This document shows, one piece after another, positions 11,601 through 23,071 of a stretch of DNA of 64,000 nt. The stretch is taken from assembly GCA_000388065.2 (NCBI GenBank), contig KB932207.1; one strand, written 5' to 3'. Within the stretch, counting starts at the first letter, position 1. Each line of letters begins with the position of its first letter. The notes beneath the pieces were generated by a model. That model was not told the origin of the DNA, searched no databases, and was given only the letters and a program-made list of their open reading frames with translations. This DNA comes from Fonticula alba ATCC 38817 (taxonomy: Eukaryota > Protista > Nucleariida). A program made the position numbers and the translations under genes.

Positions 11601-14600
11601 ACCTCGGAGCATTTGTGCTCGGATGGCTGAACATCGTGGACGCAGCGATCGCAGCCGGTCGGACACGTCATGCATGTCTGCGTCGGTTGGCACTCGTACT
11701 CTCCCGCCAAACAGGCTGGCAGACATTGGCCCGTCTGGGGGTGGAGCTTCCACCGGAAGGGATCCCCCGCGGGCTTCGGGCAGGAAAGGCAGAATGAGGG
11801 ATCCGATGGATGGCAAGTGGCGCACCCGGCCGCACAGGGCACACAGGTGCCTGATGCCAAATCGGCGGCCATGCCCGCCGGGCAGGTCCCGCGACAATAC
11901 CCATCCAGCAGGTAGGTCCCACTCGGGCAGGACAGACACTCGGACATGCGCGGGCCGCTGCACGCACTGCATGTCGACACGCACGGCTGGCAGGAGGCCA
12001 CATCGCCGGGGGAGGATGCCTCCTGGCGGAAGAAGCCCGCCGAGCAGGTTGCCACACAGAGTCCCGCCTGAATCAGGGCTTCCGGATCGCTGCATGCCAG
12101 GCATCCACTGGCCCCCGGGCTGTGGCACCTGGTGCACGACGCGTGGCACACCTCGCAGCGACCGGCGAAGGGGAATTTGCCCGGAGGGCAAGTCGATGTG
12201 CAGGTGTTCTGGGCCTGATCCAGGACCATGCCCCGCCGGCATGCATCACACCGGGGCAGTGGCTCTCCCGGGACAATGCGGCAGTGCGTGCAATCGGCCG
12301 GGCAGGCAACACAATGCTGCCTCCCCGCATTCGGGGTCGTGCCTGCCGGGCAGGAGCTGACGCAGGTCCCCCGACTGGGGGAGCCGCCGCTGTCTCCGCT
12401 GCCACTGCCATGGAGTCCGGACAGGTCCACGTGCATGTACCCCGGCGCGCAGGAGGAGCAATCCGTCGAGTAGAGCCCGGTGCAGGTGGCGCAGCTTTGG
12501 TGGCATATGTTGCAACGGCTACCGAATGGCGTATATCCATCGGAGCAAGAGGTCCGACAGGTGCCATCTACATCGATCAGGCCGGAGCCACTGCACGACC
12601 AACAGTCATGATCGGTCGGGCCGGAGCAGCTCCGGCAGGCGGGCGAGCAGGCAGTGCACGTTTCCTCATCCGAGCGGAAGTGCCCCTGGCCGCAGGAATC
12701 AAAGCAGCGGGCTTCCGGACAGGGCTTGACCGGGTCCTCGGCGGCCGTCATCCGGGTGCCATTGACACAGTCACCCTGCCAAAAGCCCAGCGAGTCGGCG
12801 CACGTGAGGCAATGGTGTTCCTCCGGCCCGTCGCACGTCTCGCAGGACCCATGGCACTCGAGGCAACGTCCGTAGCCCGCTTGGGGAGCCTCCTGGCGGA
12901 AGTATCCTGCCGGGCAGATTCCCACGCAGGTGGCCAAGTGGCCCGGCAGCTGAAGCATTGCCTTTTCCGGGTGGCAGGCGGTGCAAGCCCCGGCCGGGGA
13001 GTCGCACGTCAGGCAGTCCGCCGCACAGGGTTCGCATGTGGGCCGATGGGCCGGCGACCCGGGCACCTGGGCGAAGCCCCTCGCACAGGAAAGACACTGA
13101 TTGGCCGCCTCGGCGCATGTGCCACATTCCGAGGCGCAGGGGTGGCACACGCGGCCGTCCAAGTAGAAGCCCTGCTGGCAGGTGTGGCGACAGCCAAGCT
13201 CGCGATCGAGCACCAACCCAGCAATGCACTCCAGGCAGTCGGTCTCCCCCGGGCCCGAGCAAGACTGGCAGGTAGAATGGCACATGTCGCAGGTTCCCGG
13301 CCCGGTGGCGCCCAAACCGGTGGCCGGATGCCAGAAGGTCCCGGCAGCGCAACTTTGGCACTCATCCACGGCCGCCGGACACTCGAGGCATCGAGACACG
13401 CAGGGCTGGCATTCGCCATGCCCCTCGACCGGATCAACATGCGCGCGGAATTGGAGCGGGCACTCGGTCTGACAGCCGGCCATGATGAGGAACAGGCCCG
13501 CCGGGCACCGGGTGCAGTTGTCCTTGGTCGAGCCGTCGCACTCGACGCACGCCTCATGGCAGCGGTCACAATGCAGGGCGCTGGGGAAGGGCAAAAAGTG
13601 CCCGGCCGGGCAGACTGTGCACTGGACCCCGGCCGGCTCGGTCACGCGGCAGGCCGTGCAATTGCCCGGGCAGGGCCGACAGTCGACCCCGCCACTGGAC
13701 GGGTCGAGGTAATGCGTGTCGGCCGGGCAGGAGGCAATGCACTGTGCGGTGGTGACATCGTGTACCTTGCACACATGGCAGGCCTCGGGCCCGGGGCCGA
13801 GGCACGTCCGACAAAGGGCATCGCACGGCCGGCAGGCATTCGCCTCCATGTCGAAGTAGAGTCCCTCCGCGCAGACAGCCGTGTGGTAGACCTCCACCTG
13901 GCCCGCGGGCGTCGTCAGCAGCAGACTGACGCGGGATTCCTGCACAATCGCCAGCATCTGCCGGGTAAGGGGCAGGCCCGTGGCCATGGTGGTGGGCCCA
14001 CTGTCGAGGGCATCGGCCAGGGTGGTCCCAACGGTGGTGGCGATGGCTCCGGCGACGCGCGGGCGCCACTGAACCGGCAGGAAGATCACCGCCCCCGTAT
14101 GCCGAGCGATGGACACGCCGATGCGGCTGGTCGTGACCAGCACCAGGTCCAGATGCCCATCGCGATTGATGTCCGCCAGACTCGCAAATTCGAGCCCCGA
14201 CTCCGGCAACTCACCAAGGGCGTAGGTGAGGGGCTCGAAGTTGGAAGTGACCGCTTGGTGGATATGCCGATTGGGGAAGTGGTCAAGCAGCAGGTCGGCC
14301 ACCATGCGCCCATTGTCCGGCATGAGACGCACGCGAAGAAGATCATCCATCTCGCGGCTGGTGAGGCGCCCAGCGAGCAGGTGGAAGTCCGGACCCGTGA
14401 GCCAGGAATCGGCTTGCCTCAAAAGTGGCGGCCCGGTTTGCAACGACAGCCAGTGGGCTGTGGTCGGCGAAAGGGGCGCCTGCTCGCGCAGCACCACCGG
14501 CCCATTGCCGATGGAGTGCAGGAATCCAATCCCCGGTGCGGTCGGCTGGCTGAGTAGCCCGCAGGCTGCCCGCACGGAAGAAGACGCCAGGTCGTGTTCC

Positions 14601-16982
14601 TGGGTGTCACGCACAAGTGGTGACCACACACCGGTCGGACTCCGCAGCTGGACAAAGGTGTAGACGCCGGAGTTGGTGGACGTCTCGAAGGCCGCAACGA
14701 GGCCCTCTTGCGTTGGACTGGCGCCCGGACAGGCGAAGAGACCCCGGCACTGGCCCAGGAGGGTGGACTGTGGGGACACCACACAGGTGGGCTGGCAGGT
14801 GACCTTGACCTCTGCCGCTTGGGAGGGGGTGCACACGGCGATGTGCAGGATCCCGGGGCTGGGCTGATGGATATGGGCGCCGTAGATATTTTGCGGGAGA
14901 GTGCTGCCAAACAGAGAGAGCGTCTGCTGGCAGGAAACCGTGTCGGCCGAGGAGTCCAGGGCACAGAGAAGCAGATGCCCACTGTGCGAGAGAGCCATGA
15001 GCGACTGGGCATTGTCACCGGTGGCAAGGCAGGCTCCATTCGTGCCACAGGGCTGGAGCGGACCGACAGCCAGCCGCAAAACCGGAGGGTGCGCCGCGGC
15101 AAGGGCACGGGCGTCCATGGCATGGTCCTTGCCGATGCTGATGACGCTGCCACTGTCGCTGCTGCTGTTGTTGGTGTTGGTGTTGTTGTGGACGTTCTGC
15201 CTGCTGCCACGTTCAGGAGCCGCAAGGGCCACGGTCGCTCCATTTACCGGAGTCCCCGGCGGAGTGAACACCATCTCGAAGGGATCAAGATCGTAGTCGC
15301 ACACCGCACGCCCACTGCCACGGCCATCCGGACAAGACTCCACACAGGACCCGGTCTCGGTCAGGGAAAAGCGCGGCCGGCAGCTGAGGCAGTGCCGAGG
15401 GTTGGCATGGTCGCAAATGTCGCAATTGCTCGCCTGACAGGAGGCACAGGCTGCCGAACAAATGGAGCCCCATGTCGATGTCGGTGCACGTGGATGCACA
15501 CGGGGGACAGATCATTAGCAAGGGGAGGACGGGCAGGGGATCTCGGAAAAAAAAAGAGGGCTACGGACTGGAGGTTTGGCGGTGGAAATAGTAGCCGAGT
15601 GCGCATCCGCCGCACAGCTGGCCCTTGGAGTGTGCGGGACCACGGCCCTCGGCACATCGCCAGGCGGCCGTGCGGGCAACCGTGTCGAGAAGGCACTCGA
15701 TCGTGGGATCGGGGGCCGAGACAGCCGATTGTGGGCAGAGGAACTCCTCCGGGGTCAGGTAGAAGTGGGTATCGGCCAATCGCCACACCGAGGACACGGT
15801 ATAGGCCATATCCAGCATGGCCAGCTTGGTGGGAGCCCGATCGAAGGCCACCTGGCGGATGATCGGTCGGGTGGTTTGGCTGTCGACCATTGTCATGTCG
15901 ATGCGGTACACACGGATTTGTGTGCCATGTGGCGCGGCGAAAAAGAAAAAGGGCGCGCTGGGATTCATGAAGTGCTTGTTGCCAGCGATGAAGCGTCCCC
16001 CGCTCGTGGGGAAGGATGTGGGCAGGGTCAAGTGAAGGACTTCCTGCGGAATGAGGCTCCCGTTGGTGGCGCGAAGGATCACGATCGAGCCGTTGTCCAG
16101 TTGCATCAGCACATCGAATGTCACGTCGGTCTCATAATACAGGCGCGTGGCCGTGACGGCCGCCGTGAAGCCAGGACCACCGGAGCGAGTGGTCAGCAGG
16201 GCGGTGTTGCTGGGATTGACCACGCGGTTTTTTTCCACGTAGAGGGAGTTCTTGTTGTAATGAAAGGCGGTCAGCTTGCGACCGGCCTGGGAGGCAGATC
16301 GAATGAAGGTCCTGCTCTCATTGTAAGTGAGACGGAGGGAGTCACTTTCGTAGAGGGCGTTGATCTCGGTGGTTGACACGTCTGTCGTCCAGATGGCATA
16401 GCCCAGTGGGCTTGTGGTAATTCGGGTCATGGCAGTCGTGGTGAGGCTTCCAGTTCTTGGTTGGGAAATGGCATATGCGTTGTTTTGGAGGACCGCCGCG
16501 CAGAAGGTCGTTGACGAGCGAACATTGCAGGTGAAAGGTGTCACCGGGGGGGAAACGAGGGAGTTCTGATTCGCTCGCTCGAAAGAGGCGCCCCAGCGCG
16601 GATCAACGCTCGGGACTGGCCGATAAGCGGCCAGCGAGTTGCGAGACACCAGCAGCATATCGCCGGTCGCCTTGGGATTAGTGCCGAGGACATCCTGGAA
16701 GGTCAGCCCGATCATGTCGTCCTGGTGAGCAGGAGCCAGCACGGCCGGATCCAGGGCGCGTAGGTAGAAGGCTGTGCCGATGTCGCTCTCGGAATAGGTA
16801 TACTCCCGAAGGATGGCCGAATTGGCGGCCGGCCAGCAAACATCCTTCAAGCAGGACTGTGCCCAGACGGTGGGCGATCGGAGCAGCAAGAGTGCAAGCC
16901 CGAGAAGGATGGGGAGAATAGAGGACGGACCACCGGGCGATTGCATGGAGCCAGCGTGCAATCGGCGGGGCGGACCCGGCAT
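8665..16982 (-). CDS. Receptor-like TKL Ser/Thr kinase 1 (~2,300 aa): signal peptide, FG-GAP-like motif, long furin-like Cys-rich ectodomain, one TM, non-RD kinase domain
   Basis: In-phase GT-AG exons: 16982-15569, 15450-11056, 10819-10664, 10556-10386, 10134-10083, 9933-9776, 9635-9421, 9172-9055, 8888-8665. Signal peptide ILPILLGLALLLLRSPTVWA; Ca-loop ADINRDGHLDLVL; many CxxCxxxCxxC repeats; TM VIAVPIVVLLALIVLLMVFFC. Kinase motifs GCGSQARV, VAVK, FYREVSIMW, HQDIKSRN, DFG, YASPE, SDIYAMS. The start could be the ATG at 16946 instead. Confidence 0.9.
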
Positions 16983-17052
16983 CCTTAGGCAGCGACGAAA
17001 GTCTAAAATGAGGAGGGAGTGTAGGGTGGCTTGAAGTGTGTGAGGAGGGGAA

Positions 17053-17121
17053 AGAGAGAGGGAGAGAGAGGGAGAGAGAGGGAGAGGGAGAGAGAAGGAG
17101 AGGGAGAGAGAAGGAGAGGGA

Positions 17122-17165
<44 letters not shown>
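17053..17165. repeat. (GA)n/(CT)n microsatellite immediately upstream of kinase 1
   Basis: Long AG-rich dinucleotide run about 70-180 bp 5' of the ATG at 16982 (reads CT on the coding strand). Confidence 0.9.
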
Positions 17166-17170
<5 letters not shown>

Positions 17171-17480
17171 GCAAGGTGACCAGCTCATCCCAGCGAGCTG
17201 AGATGTGCCCGAAAAGCGGCGTCCTTTTTCTCCCCAGCTCCGCTGACTTCCTCCTGCCATCTCCTTCACACAGGGGTACATCCGGGGGGGGGGGGGGGGG
17301 GGGGGGCAACTAGAGGCCAATTGAACGCGATGCGGGCCACATCATGCGGGGGCTTCCTCGATGTCCCTCGCTCCGATGTTGTGTCCCGACGTCTGCACAG
17401 GTTGTTCGCTCCTTGGCGTCGGCTATTTAAGTCCGTCCCCGATTCGATCAGAGTGATCGGTTGGGGCGGGCGAGCTCATT

Positions 17481-17482
<2 letters not shown>

Positions 17483-17545
<63 letters not shown>
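17483..17545. repeat. (GT)n microsatellite
   Basis: Perfect GT run. Similar runs occur at ~27843-27901, 41133-41190 and 42563-42632 (CA), and a CT run at 18387-18433. Confidence 0.95.
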
Positions 17546-17547
<2 letters not shown>

Positions 17548-18230
17548 CGTATCTCCTCAGCGAGGAGAATAGGTCCTGACGCAAGCCCATCTGGGCATTC
17601 CCTGCCCCTGAGATCGGACATGCGGCCCTCCCCTCCTCCTCTTCCTCCTGCCACTCGCACATACACGGGCTGCGGCCTTGGCATCAACGGATTCCTGGTC
17701 TCCGTTGCGGGCCTTGGGAACGCGAGGTAACCCCCACGCTCAGGGGGGGGGGGGGGGGCTGGGGAAGGGCGCAACGTTCTTACTCCTGACCATGGTGCGG
17801 CCGCCCATTGGGTGTCGGTGTTGGTGGAGCCCTTTCCGTTGCCCCCTCCCACATCCCTCCTCTGCGCCCCTCGCCAGACACTAGACCTGCCTGTTGGCCC
17901 TCGACACACCCAGGCTGATTGCGAAGCGTGCCTAGGAGAGACCATGAAGAAAATAGCCAAGGGGCGCCATCCTGCCAGGTGTACCCCTTAAGCATTCCCG
18001 GCTCTAATCGACTCGAGGGCGGCGAAAAAAAAAATACCCCCCGGCAGAGGGAGCCTCAAGATTGCCCCTCCCTCGACGTGCGCCGACAGAGGACACTGCG
18101 AGAAATCGTGTAAAACAATAACACAGGCGCTATTCCAGGAGCAAATAGGGGGGACTTTTCTCACGGAGTAAATTCGATAACCCTACTTTCCTCACATCTG
18201 ACCCCCTCCAGGGGCACAGGGAAGTCTGGT

Positions 18231-18266
<36 letters not shown>

Positions 18267-18383
18267 GAGGCTGAGGGCATCTGTCGAGAAAAGTCGGCGC
18301 CGGAGCCATTTCCTTGGGAACCATTTGTCTGTCGGATGTGCAGGGCGGGGACCGGCGAGGGCATTTGTTGGCCAGAAGCCCCA

Positions 18384-18438
<55 letters not shown>

Positions 18439-18690
18439 GGCCGGCGATGGGCTGGTTGCCCGTGCTTTTCATCGCACAGGGGGGCCTTGCATCTCCTCAC
18501 CGTTACGGTGCGGCGCGTTTCACATGCACCAATGGGGCGCCCCATTCTCGGGATATGACTTTGGCCAGGAGTTGTTATCCGGCCCTTGGAATGTGCGGGC
18601 ATTTGTCTGTTCGCCAGCACCGCGGAGGGCTTCGTTCGCAAGCAGGAAATCAAGGCACAATAGTCGCACAGAGACAAAAAAAAGAGGCAA

Positions 18691-18764
18691 TGTCCGAACC
18701 AGGACTCGAACCTGGGACATTCTGTGTGTTAGACAGATATGATAACCATCTACATCATTCGGAC
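18691..18764 (-). tRNA. tRNA-Val (AAC)
   Basis: Reverse complement folds GTCCGAA/TTCGGAC acceptor stem, TCTGT-CTAACAC-ACAGA anticodon arm and CCAGG-TTCGAGT-CCTGG T arm. An oligo-T terminator follows (plus-strand A run at ~18676-18683). Confidence 0.96.
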
Positions 18765-19926
18765 TGATGGATGAGGCAGGAAAAGATGTACACATGTGTG
18801 TGCGGCCCGTGAGGCAGGAATGGCCTTCGGCGCGCGGGCCGCGACACAGGCCACCCCGAGGGCCTGCCGGCGCCCGGATTGCGGTGTGCAACTCGCCCGA
18901 AGGGCCGTGGCTGCTTGGCCGCCGATCGTGGCCTTTCCTTCCGCGGGGGTCACCATGCGCGCAAGGGACACCGAAGAGGGGGCGGGGGCGGGGGCGGGGG
19001 CGGGGGCGATGGGATGGCTGGAGATGTGTGCTTATTTTCTTTTGTGCAAACGACACCGGACAGTGGGGGAGGGCCCTTTTTTTTTTCGAGCGACGCCGCC
19101 AGTGTCCGGGCAGTGATGCGCGAGATCTGGACTGGGCAAGCGTCCCGCGGAGTGCATTCTTCTCGGCTGCCGGTCCTCGAAGAGGCGCCCGGCGGGGGGC
19201 CTCGCCCGAAATAAGGGTGCCCTGGCAGCCGGGGAGGACGTGGCTCCCCGCCGGTTGTGGCCGACGCACTTGCCTTGCGTGCTGGCAGGGGAGCGGGCCC
19301 GAGAATGCCTTCGCCATGGGTGCCCCGCCGGATGGTGGTGGTCGCCCCAGGGCAGCGGAGCGGTAGCCGAGGCCGACCGGGCGGGCAGAGGTGCCCCGGC
19401 CCGAGGGGAGGCAGGTGGCGCACGACCGTCGGCCAGCTGGCCGGGCGTGTACTTTCGGTGGGGGATGAGGGGCGCACGAGCCCGGGTGCCACGCTCCGCC
19501 GGCTGTCGGTCCTGGCCTGCTCGGCCTCCGCGTCCGCCCTGGCTGTGACCCCTCCACGCGCCAGGGTTGCTGCTGCTGCTGCTGCTCATGTCTCCAGGCG
19601 AGGGCACGCCACCTTTCCCAGCCCCTCGCCAAGGCGGGAGGACGGATGCGTCAACCCCCGGCCGATGTAGTTTCCGCTGCCCGGGCGCCCCTGGGTGAGG
19701 ATGTGCCTTGCGCCTGGGCGCCGCTCCGCGGGTTGCAGCAACTTCAGGAAGGGCACCTTCGTTGGCGGAAGCGACACCGCATTGCCCGGTCGCGGTGGAT
19801 TGTACCCTTCCTGGGCCGGCGGGTTTCGGTGTCTGATGCGCTGCCTCCCCGGGGGATACAAATCGCCGGCGGGGGCTTTTTCCTCGCTTGTCAGTGCCCT
19901 CTGTCGGCCGGCCGGCCCACGCTGGT

Positions 19927-20050
19927 ACCGAAGTGCCACGGGCGCCGGGACCGAAGTGCCACGGGCGCCGGGACCGAAGTGCCNNNNNNNNNNACCGAAG
20001 TGCCACGGGCGCCGGGACCGAAGTGCCACGGGCGCCGGGACCGAAGTGCC
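19927..20050. repeat. 23-bp tandem minisatellite (ACCGAAGTGCCACGGGCGCCGGG)n with an internal gap
   Basis: Unit starts at 19927, 19950, 19973, 19994, 20017 and 20040. The N gap at 19984-19993 lies inside the array, so the true copy number is unknown. Units are contiguous with no spacers. Confidence 0.92.
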
Positions 20051-20107
20051 TCGCGGCAAAAGGAGAGGGCAAAAATGTCGCCGCGAGTGGGGGAATTCCA
20101 TCAATCG

Positions 20108-20178
20108 GCGTCGATGGTTTAGTGGTAGAATTGCCGCCTGCCACGCGGTAGACCCGGGTTCGATTCCCGGTCGACGCA
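20108..20178 (+). tRNA. tRNA-Gly (GCC), copy 1
   Basis: GCGTCGA/TCGACGC acceptor, GCCGC-CTGCCAC-GCGGT anticodon arm, CCGGG-TTCGATT-CCCGG T arm; TTTT downstream. Confidence 0.96.
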
Positions 20179-20363
20179 ATTGGATCTCCTTTTGCACCGG
20201 GCGAGTATCCAGCCTGCGGGGCGCCTCCATTCCCATTTTTTGTCCCGGCCTCGGAGCGCCCCCCCGCAGGAGCCCAAACATGCGTGGATGATGGGTGTCT
20301 GCCCCCCCCCCTGAGTGACCAGTAGTAAAAGCCCGAAGGGGGTGCAAAATATGAATCATAGAT

Positions 20364-20436
20364 AGCCCACTGTGGGGCTCGAACCCACGACCCTGGGATT
20401 AAGAGTCCCATGCTCTACCAACTGAGCTAAACAGGC
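20364..20436 (-). tRNA. tRNA-Lys (CTT)
   Basis: Reverse complement: GCCTGTT TA GCTCAGTTGGTAGAGC A TGGGA-CTCTTAA-TCCCA GGGTC GTGGG-TTCGAGC-CCCAC AGTGGGC T. Confidence 0.94.
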
Positions 20437-23071
20437 TAATCTGCTGCATGAGGCATGCCATCGTGTATTTAACGATGCGCAGTGGCCCGAAGCGGACCGT
20501 CGCGCGCATTGCCCGGCGATCGACTTTCTCTTGCCACTGACCATGCCCCCGTGCCGACCCCCTCTGGCAGCGCCGGGGCCCAGCGCACAAGGACCCCGGG
20601 GTGGCCGCTTCGTCGTGGATCTTGCCCTGGGGGCCCCGGCCCATGCCCGTGTGGCCCTCGCCCTGCCTCCCGGATACTGGGGCCCCTGGGGCGTGACCGC
20701 CAGCCCGCCGCCAGGTGTCTCTCCGCGTCCGTCGGCTGCCCGGCCTCGGTCTTGGGTGTCTGTTTCGGCCGCGACTTGGCGAGCCGTGCCGGCTCACTCG
20801 CTGTGCCACTGGCCATGGGCATATTTCTAGAGGTGCCGGCAGTTGTGTGCCCCATGCCCAGGGGGCCCGGGTCCGGGGGTGTTCCTTGTCCCGGCGGTTG
20901 GGCTGGGCCCCTGTCGTGCGCCGCGCGAGGAGGCCGGTGTGGGGACTTTCTCGGTCTCTTCAGCTCCGGTGTCGGTGTTGGCATGGCAAGCCGGTCCGCC
21001 GGCTGGGCCCCCGCGTGGTGCGCCCGGTGCCGGCGGTCACATTTTCTGCCGTGCACCGACCCGAGGGCGGGCCTTTCGATGGGTGCTGCGTCCGTTGGCC
21101 CGGGGGTCCGGGCCGTGTATCGGAAGGTGGAGCAGGTGCGCCGGCGATGGCGACCAGCTGGCCGCGCGGGCTGGAGAATGTGCCAAGTCCGCGTTGTGTC
21201 TGCATGGTTCCCTCGGTTTGCACCACTTTCCCCCGCGCCCGGGCGAGCTCTTCCCGAATGCCGCGCCATCAAGGGCCCTTGGCGCGGCGGACCCTTCGGG
21301 TGACGCTTGGCCAGCGGCTCGGCCGACTTGCCTGTCCTTGGGTGTTGACTCGGCAGCGGTCCTTCCCTGCCAGGCCCGAGGGCCGACAGGGGGCACGGGG
21401 ACCGACGGCCGACGGTGCGCGTCGGGCGTCCGAGCCCCTGGTGCACCCGAAGCGGGGACTGCTGTGCGCCGGGAGAGGCTGCTGGCGTGTAGGTGTGTCG
21501 GGCGCACGTTAGGCCAAGGCACGAGGGTGGGCGGGAGCCAAAGCGACGCCCGGTGTGCGCGCCCCGTGAGCCCCCTTCGCCCTCGGGGGCTGGTGCCACC
21601 CCCTGCCGTCGGCCGCGGTCGAGTGGGGCATGCTGCCTGGCCGCCCGGGGCAGGAAGGCGCCCCGGTGGATGGCTTGGCTGTCGGCGGGGGTTTGGCAGG
21701 CGCGTCGGATCCATCGGCTTGGCGTGCTGCCGGGCCGCACGTTGGCCATGGCCTGCTTGGCACCAAGGGACACCTCGGCGGCAGAGACGGTCTGGTGGCG
21801 GCAGTGCAGCGGCGATGCCCCTGTGTGGCTGGGGATCAGCATGGGCGCGCGTTGCGCCTACATGGGCCCCGTGGCGCTGCGGGGCAATGGGCGGACACCT
21901 GGATCGCGGGCGGGCGACGGGTTTCACGGGCGCTCCGGTCCCGCTGCAGGCCGGTCGAGACACTCCTTGCCATGGGCCTCGCTCGAGATGAGGAGGCCGC
22001 GGGGATCAGCAAGTGCACGTCGGTTTTCGGGACGCACGGGCACTTCCCACGGAAGGGAGGGACGAGGGGGGCACATCTGGCTGGCAGCGCCCTCGGGCCG
22101 GGGGAGAGGGGCGAGGGGGCAGGAAGAAAAGGCCGCATGTCGCGGGGACTGTCGATCTCCCAGGGCGGCATGGCCGAGGCCCTTGTTTCAGGAGGAGTGC
22201 TCGGGGGAGCCCCGGTGTTTGCTGGGCCCGGAGGCGGCTAACGGATGGGGCGGGAGGGAGGTCGCGTGCCGCCATCGAGGACATGCCGCACGGGCGACGT
22301 GCTCGGGGGCCTGTTCCGGAGGCTTGGCGGCGGCCACCAACGGGAGCCCCTGCCGATGGATGACGCATTCCTGTGCACTGGAATGTCATACCGGCCTCTG
22401 ATCCCGTGGGCTCCAGACTCACCCGTGACGTGGGCATCTCAAATATCGGCTCCATCCGACGGGGCGTGGGCGTTCCCATCGGGGGGCTGGGCGCAGGGGG
22501 CGCGGCGGGCGCGGCGGGCGCGAGTCACACCCTGTGAGAGTCGCCGAAGGAAGGTCTCGGTCGCCGCGCACTTTGGCGGTTGCCCAGTCGGGGGCCGGCC
22601 CCGGCGGCGGCGGCTACACCGCAAGATGGGCATGCCAACTTCGGACGGAGGCGCGGGGCGTGCCGGGGGCCGGAGGATGCGTGTGTGTCTGTGTATGTGT
22701 TGCCTTGGTGTTGGGCCGCAGGAAATGGACCGGGGAGCCGGGGGTGCTTGGCGGCTGCCGGGCTCGGGCATGCGGCCCCGCGCGCCATGCCCGGGGCGCG
22801 CGCGAACACCCCACACCGACAACGCTGCTCCGGGGGCTTCGCCGGCGGGCCGGGCCGAAATCTGTCCGGGGTGAAAAAAAGGGGGGAGGAAGATTGGGGG
22901 GAAGTAGAAAAAAAAAAGGCAGGACTATGGTCCGTGAAGCGGCTTGGCCATCTGTGCAACAGCCTCGCCTTCTTCTCTCCTCGTGTGCCTGTTTTTCCCC
23001 TTTCCCCCGCCTTCCCCTGCCTTCCTGGGTCTCTGTCTTCTCCTTTCCATTTCCCCTGTCTCCCCTCGACC

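Noticed and set aside
12122-14557. Long plus-strand ORFs opposite the receptor genes (811 aa here; also 34503-36740, 42769-45684, 45748-47631, 46571-49057, 49000-50682, 55302-56858)
   Set aside because: These are antisense shadows of GC3-rich coding exons, with Ala/Gly/Arg-rich low-information translations and no motifs. The opposite strand carries the signal peptide, Cys repeats and kinase motifs.
17950-17990. Minus-strand ACACCTGGCAGG as the 5' end of U1 snRNA
   Set aside because: It lacks the ACTTACCTG 5' splice-site recognition sequence, and no U1 stem-loops or Sm site follow.
19927-20050. 23-bp repeat as a CRISPR array
   Set aside because: Units are contiguous with no unique spacers, there are no cas genes, and the context is eukaryotic.
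20364-20436. tRNA-Lys(CTT) with U73 and three G-U pairs in the acceptor stem as a pseudo-tRNA or editing target
   Set aside because: Yeast tRNA-Lys(CUU) also has U73, G-U pairs are common in this isoacceptor, and the A and B boxes are intact.
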